NCBI GenBank assembly: GCA_964016885.1
Contig: OZ024744.1
Location: 119,350,001-119,414,000 of the forward strand
Reading direction: 5' to 3'
DNA from: Eledone cirrhosa
Lineage: Eukaryota
Length of the DNA: 64,000 bases
Shown here: positions 12,422 through 24,146 of the stretch, piece by piece
Layout of the letters: the number at the start of each line of letters is the position of its first letter
Position numbering within the stretch: the first letter of the stretch is position 1
The notes under the pieces: generated by a model
Databases searched by the model: none
Seen by the model: only the letters and a program-made list of their open reading frames with translations
Told to the model about the DNA's origin: nothing
Made by a program: the position numbers and the translations under genes

Positions 12422-15400
12422 TATCATCATCATCATCATCATCATCATCTTCGTTTAACGTACATTTTCCACGCTAGCATGGGTTAGACGGGAGTTGTCC
12501 CACTTGAGGCAAGGTTGGTCGGGTGACCGTGTCTCGCTCGTATAGGAGTATCTGGCAGGTTAACTACGGCTGAATGCCCTTCCTAACACCAACCACATTT
12601 ACAGTGTGGAACTGGGAACTTTTTACCGTGTTACCTACACAGCCACATTACAGCGTGGACTGTGTGTGTGTGTGTGTTTTTGTCGTGACACCTACACGAT
12701 CTCGATCTCATTTTCTCGTGCTGTTGGTGGGAGTGGGAGGATAGGGTAGGGGTAGTGGATTGGGGTGTATATTTGGTTAAGAGGTGCCTACTAACTGTAG
12801 GTTTCGCTTTGTACTTAGGCAAGGCGGGTCTTCTGTATTACTGAGTAGCGCCAAAGATCTCAGTCCAGTGACATTGTCTTAGAAAGATGTAAGTGTGTAA
12901 GGTCGGAATTTATCAGATCATCCCAGGTTTTTCTGGGTCTACCTACTCCGTAACTACCATCAATTTTGATTGCCCTGCACTCTTTTATGCAGCTGTCGTC
13001 TTTCATGCGCATCACGTGACCATACCAACGTAGTCTTCTCTCAAGTAAACAGCATCTGATCCCTCTTATTCCTAATTTCTCACTTAGTTCATTTATGCTT
13101 TGCCGTTCACGTATATTACTGTTACACATCCAACGGAGCATGCATGCTTCGTTCCTTTCCAGTCTGTGCAGGTCCTCTGCACGTAATGCCTATTTCTCAC
13201 TGCCATGTAGCATTGCTGTTCGTATACAGGCATCATACAATCGGCCTTTCATTTTTAGAGAGAAACCTTTAGCGGCCAATAGTGGTATAAGCTCTCTGAA
13301 CTTTTTCCATCCCGTTCTGACTCTGGCTACTGTACTTTCAGAGCACCCTCCACCACTGCTGATTTCGTCACCCAGGTAACGGAAAGTGTCTACTATTTCT
13401 ATAGAACCATCTGGGCAATAGAAGGAGCTAGTATCCTTTGGACACTTGATACTTATCCTTTGGACACTAAGCATTGGCCACATATAAAGTCTACGTTCTT
13501 AGATAGTTTACCTGTGATCCCACTACATCTTTTATGTACCCATACTTTGCATTTAGGACATAAAATGGAATGTCTGCCTACTCCTTTCTTACACACTGAA
13601 CATGGCCATTTCCCTGAGGGCACCTGTGCCCTATTTTCCTTTCTACAAACTTGAACTTTAGTCTTAGACAAGTTAACTTTAAGGCCTTTTGATTCTAGGC
13701 CATGCTTCCATGTTTGGAATTTCTTCTCTAGTTCAGCCATTGATTCAGCTATGAGCGTTAGATCATCTGCGTATAGGAGTTCCCAAGGGCAGCCGGTCTT
13801 GAACCCCTCTGTTATAGCCTGAAGGGCAATAATAAATAAGAGTCGGCTAATAATAAATAAGAGTCGGCCTTGATGAACGCCAACTTTTACACTAAATTCT
13901 TCACAATATTCATTGTTAATTCTAACCTTACTGACTGTTTCATTATACATAGCTTGTATAGCTCTGACAAGCCATTCATCTACACCTAGTTTTCTAAGAG
14001 CCCACCAGATAATGGAGCGGGGGACTCTGTCAAAGGCTTTCTCCAGGTCTACAAAAGCTATGTAGAGGGGTTTACTTTTAGCTAGGTACTTCTCTTGTAG
14101 TTGTCGTACAATGAAAAGAGCATCTGTGGTACTTTTACCTGACACAAACCCGAACTGCATTTCATCTAGATCAATTCGCTCTCTGAGTAGTTGCGCTATA
14201 ATTCTTTCTGTGACCTTCATGACCTGGTCAACCAATTTAATGCCTCTATAGTTTCCCCTACCTAGAGCATCCCCTTTACCCTTGTAGCAGTTAATGATGA
14301 TGCTGCTACGCCAGTCTTTCGGTATGACCCCATTCTGAATTACTTGGTTAACTATACGGGTGACCATAGTGTGTCCCACCATACCAGATACCTTCAACAT
14401 CTCAGCAACTATCTCCGAGGGCCCAGCTGCCTTGCTTGTCTTCATATCTTTGATTGCCTTACTTATTATACTAACTTTAACTTGCACCGCTGGTCCTTCT
14501 ATTGGATCGATTTGGGGCAGACTATATTTTTCCCATTTATTCTCCTCATTTAATAGTCTCTCGTAGTGACACTTCCAGGCTATCTTCTTATCAGTATCAG
14601 TGAGCGCAAGTACACCATTATCATTACGGACACACTTCTCCCCGACAATATTACGGTTTTCCTTGACACATTGTCTAGCAGTCCTGAACACCTCACGTTT
14701 TTGGTCCTCACGTTGTAGAACATGCTTGAACTTTCTATCCTCTTTTTGCAAGGTACACTTGTCTCCTAGCTTCTCTCCTGGCCACTTGATAGTGCTCTCT
14801 ACTTCCCCCATCCTGCCATACTTTCCAAGCCTGCTTTTTGGCCTTGATTGTCTCTTCCACCTTACTGTTCCACCACCAAGTTACTCTCCTCTTGCCAATA
14901 GGTTCAGCCACAGATTTCATCCGTTGCTTTCAGCAGGTTCACTTTCAAGAATTGCCACTGTTCCTCTATATTGCACGTCTTTAATTTCTCTTCCTTATTG
15001 TCAAAGGCATCAAGTAATAAGCTTTTAAATTTGTCACTGGCTATGGTGTCCTTCAACTTCCATATTCTTCTCCTCAAGGTAGGCCTCCTCTGTCGTCGAG
15101 TACGTCTATTCCTGACTATGAGGTCACTAACTACTAGGCTATGTTGGGAAGTACATTCTTCATGGAGGAGGTATTTAGTGTTTACAACAGACATTTTGTC
15201 ACGTCTGTCTTCTAGTAAGGATATAATCTATCTGGCTGTCGTGTTCCTCTGATCTATAGGTGATCAAGTGGTTTTCACGTTTTTTGAAGTTTGTGTTAGG
15301 TTATTAGCGTCACAGAATTCCAGGATCCTGAAGCCTTCCTCATTTCTAGTACCAAACCCATAGCCTCCATGGATTCCATCATAGCCATCACTATGTTGTC

Positions 15401-15467
15401 CAACGTGGCCGTTTAGATCGCCAGCAATAATTAGGTAGTCGCTGTCAGTTATTTGGGAGGTAGTGTG
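12422..15467 (-). mobile_element. RTE-clade LINE, 5'-truncated and frameshifted (partial APE endonuclease, RT, PHD-like finger, 3' UTR, (ATG)n tail)
   Basis: ORF pieces 15194-14904, 14920-14735, 14811-13453, 13483-13190, 13141-12860 with NYRGIKL, QFGF, FVDLEKAFD, LLYADD, FRYLG, RLRWYGH; GDLNGHVG near 15420; (ATC)n on + strand at 12423-12448. Confidence 0.95.
13453..14811 (-). pseudogene. Reverse transcriptase of RTE LINE (452-aa open piece of a disrupted ORF)
   Basis: RT motifs DLEKAFD, VHQG, YADD, then WPCSVC..CPKCKVWVHKRC..CGQC. Confidence 0.9.
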
Positions 15468-15477
15468 ATATATATCA

Positions 15478-15708
15478 TTGTGGGTTCAATTCCTGGACTG
15501 GGTTGTGTTGTGTTGTTGAGCAAAACACTTCATTTCACATTGCTACAGTATACTCAACTGAAAATGAGTACCAGCTGTAGTTTAATCCTGCAATGGACTG
15601 GCATTCTGTCCAGGGGGTAGTATTGTAATCTCAATTGCTTAACGCCATGGAAACCGATATAAGCACTGGCCTGATGGCTTCTGACAGACTTTAGACTTTA
15701 GACTTTAG
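15478..15708 (+). mobile_element. tRNA-derived SINE, 5'-truncated
   Basis: B-box GGTTCAATTCC at 15483-15493; conserved-domain-like TTGAGCAAAACACTT and CCTGCAATGGACTGGCATTCTGTCCAGGGG; (AGACTTT)3 tail. Confidence 0.75.
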
Positions 15709-15726
15709 AATATATATATATATATA

Positions 15727-15830
15727 CTAGTTGAGGTACCCAGCTTCGCCAAGGTTAACAAATGATAAGAGAAGACCAGCAGAAGAGAAAACGTCTCTAT
15801 TGAATGCATTGTCTTGTTTACAGTGTGTGT
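15727..15830 (-). mobile_element. 3' end of a non-autonomous Helitron, same family as 31398-32265; other boundary not found
   Basis: A|CTAG plus ACCCAGCTTCGCCAAGGT degenerate hairpin; ~100 bp similar to 31398-31495. Confidence 0.65.
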
Positions 15831-15869
15831 ATATATATATATATATATGTATGAATATGTGTGTGTATA

Positions 15870-15983
<114 letters not shown>

Positions 15984-16983
15984 CCTGTGTGAGTGTTTGT
16001 GTGTGTGCGTATGCATGTGTGTGTGTAAACCACCGTTGGAATCGAAGACAGGCCGCGAAACACGACAACGAACTCGCAGAGAGAATCCCTTATGGTTGAT
16101 TCCCAACCTGCTAGAAATAGCAGTCAGGTTGGTTAGCATACATGGTATATCTTTCTTCTTCTTTGGTGTTATAAAATTAGTATCAATAAACTTTCCTGGA
16201 TATACTCTTATCCCAATCCTGTACATACTTTCCAGTTGTCACTTTTCGTTTTTTTCGTGTGATACGCGAAGGAACCAACCAACAAACATCTCTGTTCATT
16301 CAAAATATTTTCCAGCTAATTGTGTCGTACAATATACATCAGCAATCAAACGATATGAGAATTGAATACCATACTAAAGCGCCAGTAAGCTTGCTAAGAA
16401 CCTGCAGATAGAAATGTTAATAAATACAACATTTGGCTTGGGTAAACTTTAAGATGTTCTTTCATTGTAGGTTTCTTTTCTCAGTTAGTACGTTAAAGAA
16501 AATTGATAGTTACAACAATAAAGGTTGAACAGAGAACATTTTTTAAACTTTACAATAATTTGTACAACCATAGAATTCCAAGTAACAGAAAATACATAAA
16601 TTACATTGTTAGAGCCTCAGAGTATACAATATTTATTGTTCGGTCCTTGGGAGCAAAGATGAAGAGATTGTTTGGCGAGCTAACCCTAGAGCATCCTACA
16701 TACAATTGACCATGGTTTTCCCAGATGAAGGCCAATCACTTTTAGGGTTTGACCCTGAGCTTTGTTGATGGTAATCGCGAAGCTTATTCTCTCTGTTGCT
16801 CTAGTAACATTTTTTCTTCTGGAAAATCTGATCTTGCGGCCAGGCTAGGACTTTTGGGGTGGCATATCGGCAGTAACAATGACGATAAGCCGTCTGTGCT
16901 TTCGTGAAATAAATACGTTTGTTTATATTTTGTTTTTGTTTGCAAAAATATCTGTACACGAATATATAATTATATATATATAT

Positions 16984-17106
16984 ATTAAAATAACAGATTA
17001 AAGTTTAAGCAAAGAATCGATGCTTTCACCCTTAACGGGATCTCCTGAAACTAAAAAAATCAATCTGTGAACACAGAAGTAAATATTTCGAAAAACGTTG
17101 CAACCG
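16984..17106 (-). repeat. Dispersed copy of the 19764-19886 segment, with an HHR-like fold at 17002-17052 (core CAGGAGA)
   Basis: ATTAAAATAACAGATTAAAGTTTAAGCAAAGAATCG...AAAAACGTTGCAACCG is shared with 19764-19886. Confidence 0.8.
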
Positions 17107-17417
17107 AAAGAAAATACGAAGATGATACTTTGGTTCGTGAAGACGTTAGGAATGTTGTATAACCGGAAGTGTTTACATTTGAAAATTTTAAAGAAGTGAA
17201 TATTTAAATAATGTCTTTAATCTTTTATCAAAATTCAGTAGACAAAAATACCCTCACTTTCTCACTTGGAAAAAGTTACATCTATGGTGCCGTTTGGTCC
17301 AGCTGCTTGGCAGAAAGTTTGTTACTTACATACGGCCATCAGCTTTATAGTATATATATATATATATATATATTATTCAAAATATTAATAAATGAAGACG
17401 TTCACATAATCAAAATA

Positions 17418-17478
17418 TATGTTTTATTATATATATCGTGCTGTTTTTTCAGTACGTCCTCATCAGATAAAATACATA
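17418..17478 (-). ncRNA. Decayed hammerhead ribozyme (GAA deleted)
   Basis: UAUGUAUUUUAU-CUGAUGA-GGACGUACUG-A6-CAGCACG-[gap]-AUAUAUA-UA-AUAAAACAUA. Confidence 0.5.
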
Positions 17479-17556
17479 AATTGATGTACGACATACCTCA
17501 ACTGTCTTGATGGTTTAATTTCAGTCTTGACAGTGTTTATTACAACAAAACTCTAT

Positions 17557-17602
<46 letters not shown>

Positions 17603-17726
17603 AGGAGGTGAGTTTTATTGTAGCACAATAAAGCAATGCAAATATCGGATAAGAAGCACTCTACAGTTTGTAGGACTGGAGTATATATGATATATAAGAT
17701 CAAAAGATGGTTAAAAGAGTTCCAAG

Positions 17727-17797
17727 TATTTTATTATGCACATTTCAAAAACAAATATCATCCTGGGATGATATCTGCGTTCTCATCAGATAAAATA
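17727..17797 (-). ncRNA. Type I hammerhead ribozyme, left-arm copy
   Basis: Reverse complement of 17930-18000. Confidence 0.75.
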
Positions 17798-17929
17798 GGG
17801 AGACATGATATGAAGCTTAAAAAACACTTGTGAATAGTGAAGTTTTAAATCAACATATATGATATAAGATATGTTGATTTAAAACTTCACTATTCACAAG
17901 TGTTTTTTAAGCTTCATATCATGTCTCCC

Positions 17930-18000
17930 TATTTTATCTGATGAGAACGCAGATATCATCCCATGATGATATTTGTTTTTGAAATGTGCATAATAAAATA
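17930..18000 (+). ncRNA. Type I hammerhead ribozyme with long stem II and minimal stem III
   Basis: TATTTTAT-CTGATGA-GAACGCAGATATCATC-CCAT-GATGATATTTGTTTTT-GAAA-TGTGCA-TA-ATAAAATA; stem I 8 bp perfect. Confidence 0.8.
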
Positions 18001-18121
18001 CTTGGAACTCTTTTAACCATCTTTTGTTCTTATATTATTTATACTCCAGTCCTACAAACTGTAGAGTGTTACTTATCCGATATCTGCATTGCTTTATTGT
18101 ACTACAATAAAACTCACCTCC

Positions 18122-18371
<250 letters not shown>

Positions 18372-18533
18372 ATTTGGATATAATGCTCTGAAATAGCGAT
18401 ATATATGTGAAGACAAACATAGAATATTCGAAAATATTCTGTATGTTTATAATAAACATTTCGAAGACCCAATCGCTATAGAATAGAATACGTCACGTAT
18501 TACAATTTGAGATTCTCGATAAAAGCAAGGGAA

Positions 18534-18576
18534 GTAACCTACGCGTTTCATTCTTATTAGAAATCATCAGGATTAC
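18534..18576 (-). ncRNA. Minimal type I hammerhead ribozyme (canonical PLE type)
   Basis: GUAAUC-CUGAUGA-U-UUCU-AAUA-AGAA-U-GAAA-CGCG-UA-GGUUAC; palindromic ACGCGU stem III; enclosed by a 15-bp inverted repeat (18513-18527/18585-18599). Confidence 0.88.
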
Positions 18577-18663
18577 ATATCCAGTGCTTTTATCGAGAAC
18601 GACACAGCTAGAGACTTATAGAATACTTAGCTGTGTACAGGAACTGGTTTGAAAGAGCGGTAG

Positions 18664-19065
18664 CCGTTCCAAAGACCTTCATGTATAGATAAGAAATGTA
18701 TAACCTGTAAAATAAGCCCCCATATTAACTGTAAAACTAGAAATGTAGTGTATAGCATAAGATGTACTGAAGGACAATGTAGAAACAAAAATATAGTGTA
18801 CATAGGTGAGACAGCTCGTAGTATAGGGGAACGAATAAATGAACACTGGCGAGACCTTCAAGATAATAAAGAATCATCTGTGCTCTACCAACATGCTAAG
18901 ATAGAACACAGGGGTAGATTAGAGAACATAGAAATAAAAATAGAATCCACACACAGAAAAGATGCAATGTTTAGGCAAATTACAGAGGCAGTAAGCATAA
19001 AAGAATTACAACCAAAATTAAATAGAAAATATGAGTGGAACAACAACATCACAACTTACAATTAA
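18664..19065 (+). pseudogene. C-terminal GIY-YIG endonuclease of a Penelope-like element, with Cys-rich linker (Neptune-like)
   Basis: In frame: CIDKKCITC..NCKTRNVVYSIRC..YIGETARSIGERINEH..H...EH..EAVSIKELQPKLN; upstream stop at 18661; RT absent. Confidence 0.88.
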
Positions 19066-19197
19066 GGACAAAATGAAAACACACACAGGACAAAATGAAA
19101 ACACACACACACATAGAACAAACAACTTACAATTAAGGACAAAATGAAAACACAGACGGGACAAAATGAAAGCACACACACACATAGAACAAACAAC
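19051..19197. repeat. 71-bp tandem duplication over the PLE stop codon and 3' UTR
   Basis: ACAACTTACAATTAAGGACAAAATGAAAACAC at 19051 and 19122. Confidence 0.85.
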
Positions 19198-19370
19198 CAA
19201 CCAACAATAAATAAATAAATAAATAAATAAACAAATAGATAAATGAACACAAACACACACAGACACCCGGATGTGGCGCATGCGCAAACTGAGCACACAA
19301 CACAGACACAGAAACAAAATGGCGTAGGATAGAAGAAAGGAAAGGCACAGAAACAAAGAAAGGAATCCCC

Positions 19371-19415
19371 AGTCACTGAAGAGGTCACAGAGTGTGTGAC
19401 GAAAGGACTATGACT
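19371..19415 (+). ncRNA. Minimal hammerhead ribozyme, slightly degenerate
   Basis: AGTCA-CTGAAGA-G-GTCACA-GAGTG-TGTGAC-GAAA-GGAC-TA-TGACT; one extra G before stem II. Confidence 0.7.
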
Positions 19416-19654
19416 ATATATAAACAACTATCTGGTTGTGGAACCAACCAACCAACCAGAAATTTATAAGTTTGTAGATTTGTAAATTTATAAATTTATA
19501 AATATATAATAAATTGAAGTGAAAGCAACTGGTGCGTGTGTTTCTTATTGGCAACATGACCCTCCCAAAGTATAACAATATCGGTTTCAACACACGATTT
19601 CAGATAAAGAATCTTGCTAAACAAATTCAGAAACGAAATATATATATATATATA

Positions 19655-20040
<386 letters not shown>

Positions 20041-20123
20041 TTTGCTCTACGGTTCTTATATATTTGATATATATTTTCCTTATCGAGCCCTCTTTGGATT
20101 TTAGTCTTCAATTTTATTATTAT

Positions 20124-20233
<110 letters not shown>

Positions 20234-20375
20234 ATGTATGTATCTAATATAGTTACAAGAACTCTCTCATTGGAATTTACACAACATCAACTAGGTAGCT
20301 ATGTATGCATGTGTGTGCAAGTATGGATGTTATTGTATGTGTGGATGTGTATCTTTTGAGTTGTATGTGTGCACG

Positions 20376-20427
20376 TGCATATACTTTGTACCTGTACATA
20401 CACATGTACAGGTACAAAGTATATGCA
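20376..20427. other. Perfect 24-bp hairpin (4-nt loop) just after the RLE element's stop codon
   Basis: TGCATATACTTTGTACCTGTACAT-ACAC-ATGTACAGGTACAAAGTATATGCA. Confidence 0.9.
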
Positions 20428-20431
20428 GTTA

Positions 20432-21379
20432 TTAGATGCAGAACTTTCGGAATGTTTTACATATTTTTACTGTTCCATTAATGGATTGTACTTGTAATTT
20501 CATAACTAGTTGTGTTCTTTCTGTTCCTGTGAAGCCTAGCTTCTCAAGATTTGTATTGAGGCAGTTACTAGCATACCCCAGTGCCACAATAATCACAGGC
20601 ATAAATCTGAAGGTATAATCAGGGTGGAGTCTCAGCAGATTTCTCATTAGTTCTACATAAATATTCTCCTTTTCGCTAATCTTTGATATTATATTGGCAT
20701 CTGCTGGGCAGCTAACTTCCACTACTGTGCATGTTTTCTTTTCCCTGTCCCATATCATTATATCTGGTCTGTTATGCCTGCATTTTAGTGGGGTTTTTAC
20801 TGGAACATTCCACCAGTACTCTTTCATATTATGTACATGGATGTCTTCCACATTGCTGTAGCTTGTAATGTGTTTATTGTCGGGGCTATCTTTTCTACGG
20901 ATTGCATTGTACAGTGTTTTGGCCACTACATCATGCCTCATAGGTAGATAGTACTGCAATGACATCTTTGGACAGCTGCTAATGACATGGGTGACATCTT
21001 CGATGTTAATTTTACAGAGTCTGCACTTGTTATCACATCTAGGTGTTTTGCCTGCATCCCTATCTCTTTTGTGAATCAGGTATTTCGTGTTAATCTCCTG
21101 TTCTTGGATTGCAAAAGCGTATCCTTCAAAGTGGGAGCCAATATAGCGGTTGTTGGTCCAAGATAGACTACTTTCCTTATCTATATTACTCTCACTCTGG
21201 AGCTTCCTGGCAACATATACATGCATGATTTTTCGCTGATAAGCATGCAGTTTTTCATCCATGGATTCACTGCGATACTGCTGGGCAATTTCCCTGGGTG
21301 TGAGTTTTTGATTATCATGCAGTGAGTATCTGTCAAGGAGTTCCATCCCAACCCTCATGATCTTATCTGTCTCACGCAA
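20432..21379 (-). pseudogene. C-terminal CCHC knuckle plus restriction-like endonuclease of the retrotransposon
   Basis: Motifs as above in a 315-aa ORF. Confidence 0.88.
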
Positions 21380-21812
21380 ATAGACTTGCTCAATAGATGG
21401 GCTCCTACACTTCGAGGTTCGTAAATGTTGTCGGAGGGATATGATGCGACATTGAAATGCTGTCTGGACTGATGTTAGGCCTCTGCCTCCCTCAAGTAAA
21501 GGTGGTCTATGTCACAGTTGATGTGGAAGTTTCCAGTGTTGTTTAGAATTTTTCGAGTCCTAACATCAATTGCTCAGATTTCATCTATCGTCCAATCGAG
21601 TATTCTAAACGTTGTTGTTAGTACAGGCACAGCAAAGATATTGTGAGCCACTGTTTTATTGTGTGCAGAGAGTTCCAATAACTACATTTTTCTTAATTGG
21701 ATGTAATATTCCCTGATTACACGTTCCTTGTTACAGATACCATTATAGGATATATTCTCATCTACCCCCAGATATCTGTAGCAGTCCTCGTCAGATATCA
21801 GTGAAACAGTTA

Positions 21813-24048
21813 GAATACTCAGTTATATAGATGAATTGTTGGCTGATAAGAGGCGTGCTCTGTCACGCTACTTGGCAAAAAAACCACAGGAGAGGAATAC
21901 GTTGTATAAGGAACTCAAGAATGGGAAATCACGTGTTAGGCGGAGTCTTTCTCAGATGAAGGATCAGTGGTGGAGTGAGAAGGATGATGAGATACAAACT
22001 GCGTCAGATTCCAATAACACAAAGCTGTTGTACAGTCTCTTGCGTGAGGTTTATGGACCGTCTTCTTCTCTGGTTTAACCGCTTTGCACCAGGGATGGCA
22101 AGGAACTTCTTCGTGACCCACAGGGAATTCTGCGAAGGTGGCGAGAACACTTTGATTAACTTTTGAATCAGCTGTCTGTCTTCAATGAAGATTTCCTCAA
22201 TCTCATTCCTGAAAAACCTGTGAAAGAACCTCCGACATTTGAGGAGGTTGCAGTAGCTATCTCGAAGCTGAACAGTGGAAGGTCTCCAGGTATGGATGGC
22301 ATACATGCTGAGCTCCTACAATATGGTGGTGAGAGACTCCTGCAACATCTTCACTCTTTGTTTGGCAGGATATTGGCTAGTGAATCCGTACCTGAGGACT
22401 GGAGAGATGCAGTAATGGTAGTCTTGTACAAAGGAAAGGGTAACAAGAATGATTGTGGGAACTACAGAGGTATATCACTGCATTCTGTCGTGGGGAAAGT
22501 TTTATATAGGGTGCTTCTGGACCATCTGCTGACACACATTGCAGATTGTGTTCTTCTTGAAAGTCAATCTGGTTTTCGTGCTGGACGTGGCACTACTGAT
22601 ATGATCTTGGAACAAGGTTTAGATCTGTATCAGGTTTTTTCATCTGACAAAAGCTTTCAATACTGTTAACATTATGGAAGGTTCTCCAGAAACTTGGTTG
22701 CCCTGATAAGTTCCTTGCTTTGGTTAGGTCTTTCCATGATGACATGAAGCCTTGGGTTAATGTCAGAGGTAACATGTCGGAGCCTATCTCAGTGAAAAAT
22801 GGAGTGAAACAGGAGGATATTCCAGCACCAACACTGTTTGCCATATACTTTGCATTTTCTGATGCTTGCACTACCCTAGGATTGACTGTCAGTCTTAAGA
22901 AAACCATCGTCATGTACCAACATGCGCTTGATAAGCAGTACAGTGATCTAAATATCTATGTGTATGGTAAACGACTTGGAGTGGTTGATCAGTTTGTCTA
23001 CCTGGGAAGCACTGTCAATCGAAACAGCAACCTTGATTATGAAATTCCACTCAGAATTAGGAAAGCAAGTGATGTTTTCGGAAAGCTAGAAAGGCGACTC
23101 TGGGGTCGGCGAGACATATGCAGGAGGACAAAGGTAAAGGTGTACAGGGCATGTGTGCTCTCTTCTCTTCTTTATGCCCGTGTGACCTGGGTCACATATC
23201 GACACCACCTTAAACAATTGGTGCGTTTCCATCAGATGTGTCTCAGACAGATCCATGGCGTTCACTGGAGGGACCACATCAGTGATGTTGAGATTTTGGA
23301 AAGCTCTATGTGTGACAGTATAGAAGCTCTTGTGCTTAAGCAACGACTCCGTTGGAGTGGTCACCTTGCCAGGATGAAGGATTCTAGAATACCCAAACAA
23401 CTCTTTTATGGAGAGTTAGTTAAAGGAAAATGACCGCCACATAAACCAAAAAAGAGGTATAAGGATTCTTTGAAAGCATCCTTGAAAGACGCTAACATCT
23501 CTGCTGATACATGGGAAAATGTTGCTGGTGATCGTAATAAATGGAGAAAGACTGTATATGAGGGAAAAGTTGCTTTTGAGGCATCTTGAATCGCATACAA
23601 GAAAGTAAAGCGGGATGTGAGGAAGGACATTGCTGTTGCACTTCCAGACGGCGAGGGTCCTCCTATGGTGCTGACATGCAGCGTCTGTGCGAGACTCTGC
23701 CTAAGCAAAGCTGGACTCGAAAGTCATCTTCGCAGTCATAAAGTAAGACCAGTGGTTGACTACCAGGCTGCTGTTGGAGATGCTACTCATCATGCTTGCC
23801 AAACATGTGGTAGAAAATGTAAATCAGCAGGAGGGCTCAAGCGACATGCAAAATTACACGAACTCCAACCACAGCCGACTATTTCCAGTGAATGTTTTGG
23901 TTGCCGACTCTGTGCAAGACATTGTAGATCATTGGCTGGGCTAAAAAGCCACATTCGATCACAGCACCAGTAATTATTAATATATCTGGGGTTGTTGTTT
24001 TTTCGGCGTGCAATGGCCATACTTGATAATGGGAGAGCAGCCATCATG
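21813..24048 (+). mobile_element. RTE/BovB-like LINE, 5'-truncated, internally deleted, with three C-terminal C2H2 fingers
   Basis: SPGMDGI, NYRGISL, ESQSGFR, GVKQ, FVYLGS, RLRWSGH, RIPKQL; YADD region missing; fingers in 23617-23973; tail GGCCATACTTGATAATGGGAGAGCAGCCATC. Confidence 0.9.
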
Positions 24049-24103
24049 AATATATGTATGTATATTTGAATGTATATATATATATGATATGTATGTATGA
24101 ATG

Positions 24104-24146
<43 letters not shown>

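Larger units (their letters stand above)
18640..19640 (+). mobile_element. 5'-truncated Penelope-like element: EN domain, 3' region, HHR
   Basis: GIY-YIG ORF followed by a 71-bp tandem duplication, an HHR at 19371-19415, then (TA)n. Confidence 0.75.
20250..21812 (-). mobile_element. RLE-type non-LTR retrotransposon (R4/Dong-like), 5'-truncated
   Basis: ORF 21379-20432: FAIQEQEI, CRLC..ED..H..SC knuckle, RHD, RPD..EVSCP..EK...Y (PD-(D/E)xK); upstream broken frames YRYLGV, AVPVL, RGL; 3' end abuts (TA)n. Confidence 0.88.

Noticed and set aside
13095-15252. Plus-strand ORFs over the RTE, also 25588-26608
   Set aside because: Antisense shadows of LINE coding sequence without recognisable motifs
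16026-16135. Fragment resembling a SINE body (ACCTGCTAGAAATAGCAG)
   Set aside because: Resemblance from memory only; no promoter boxes, tail or TSD visible
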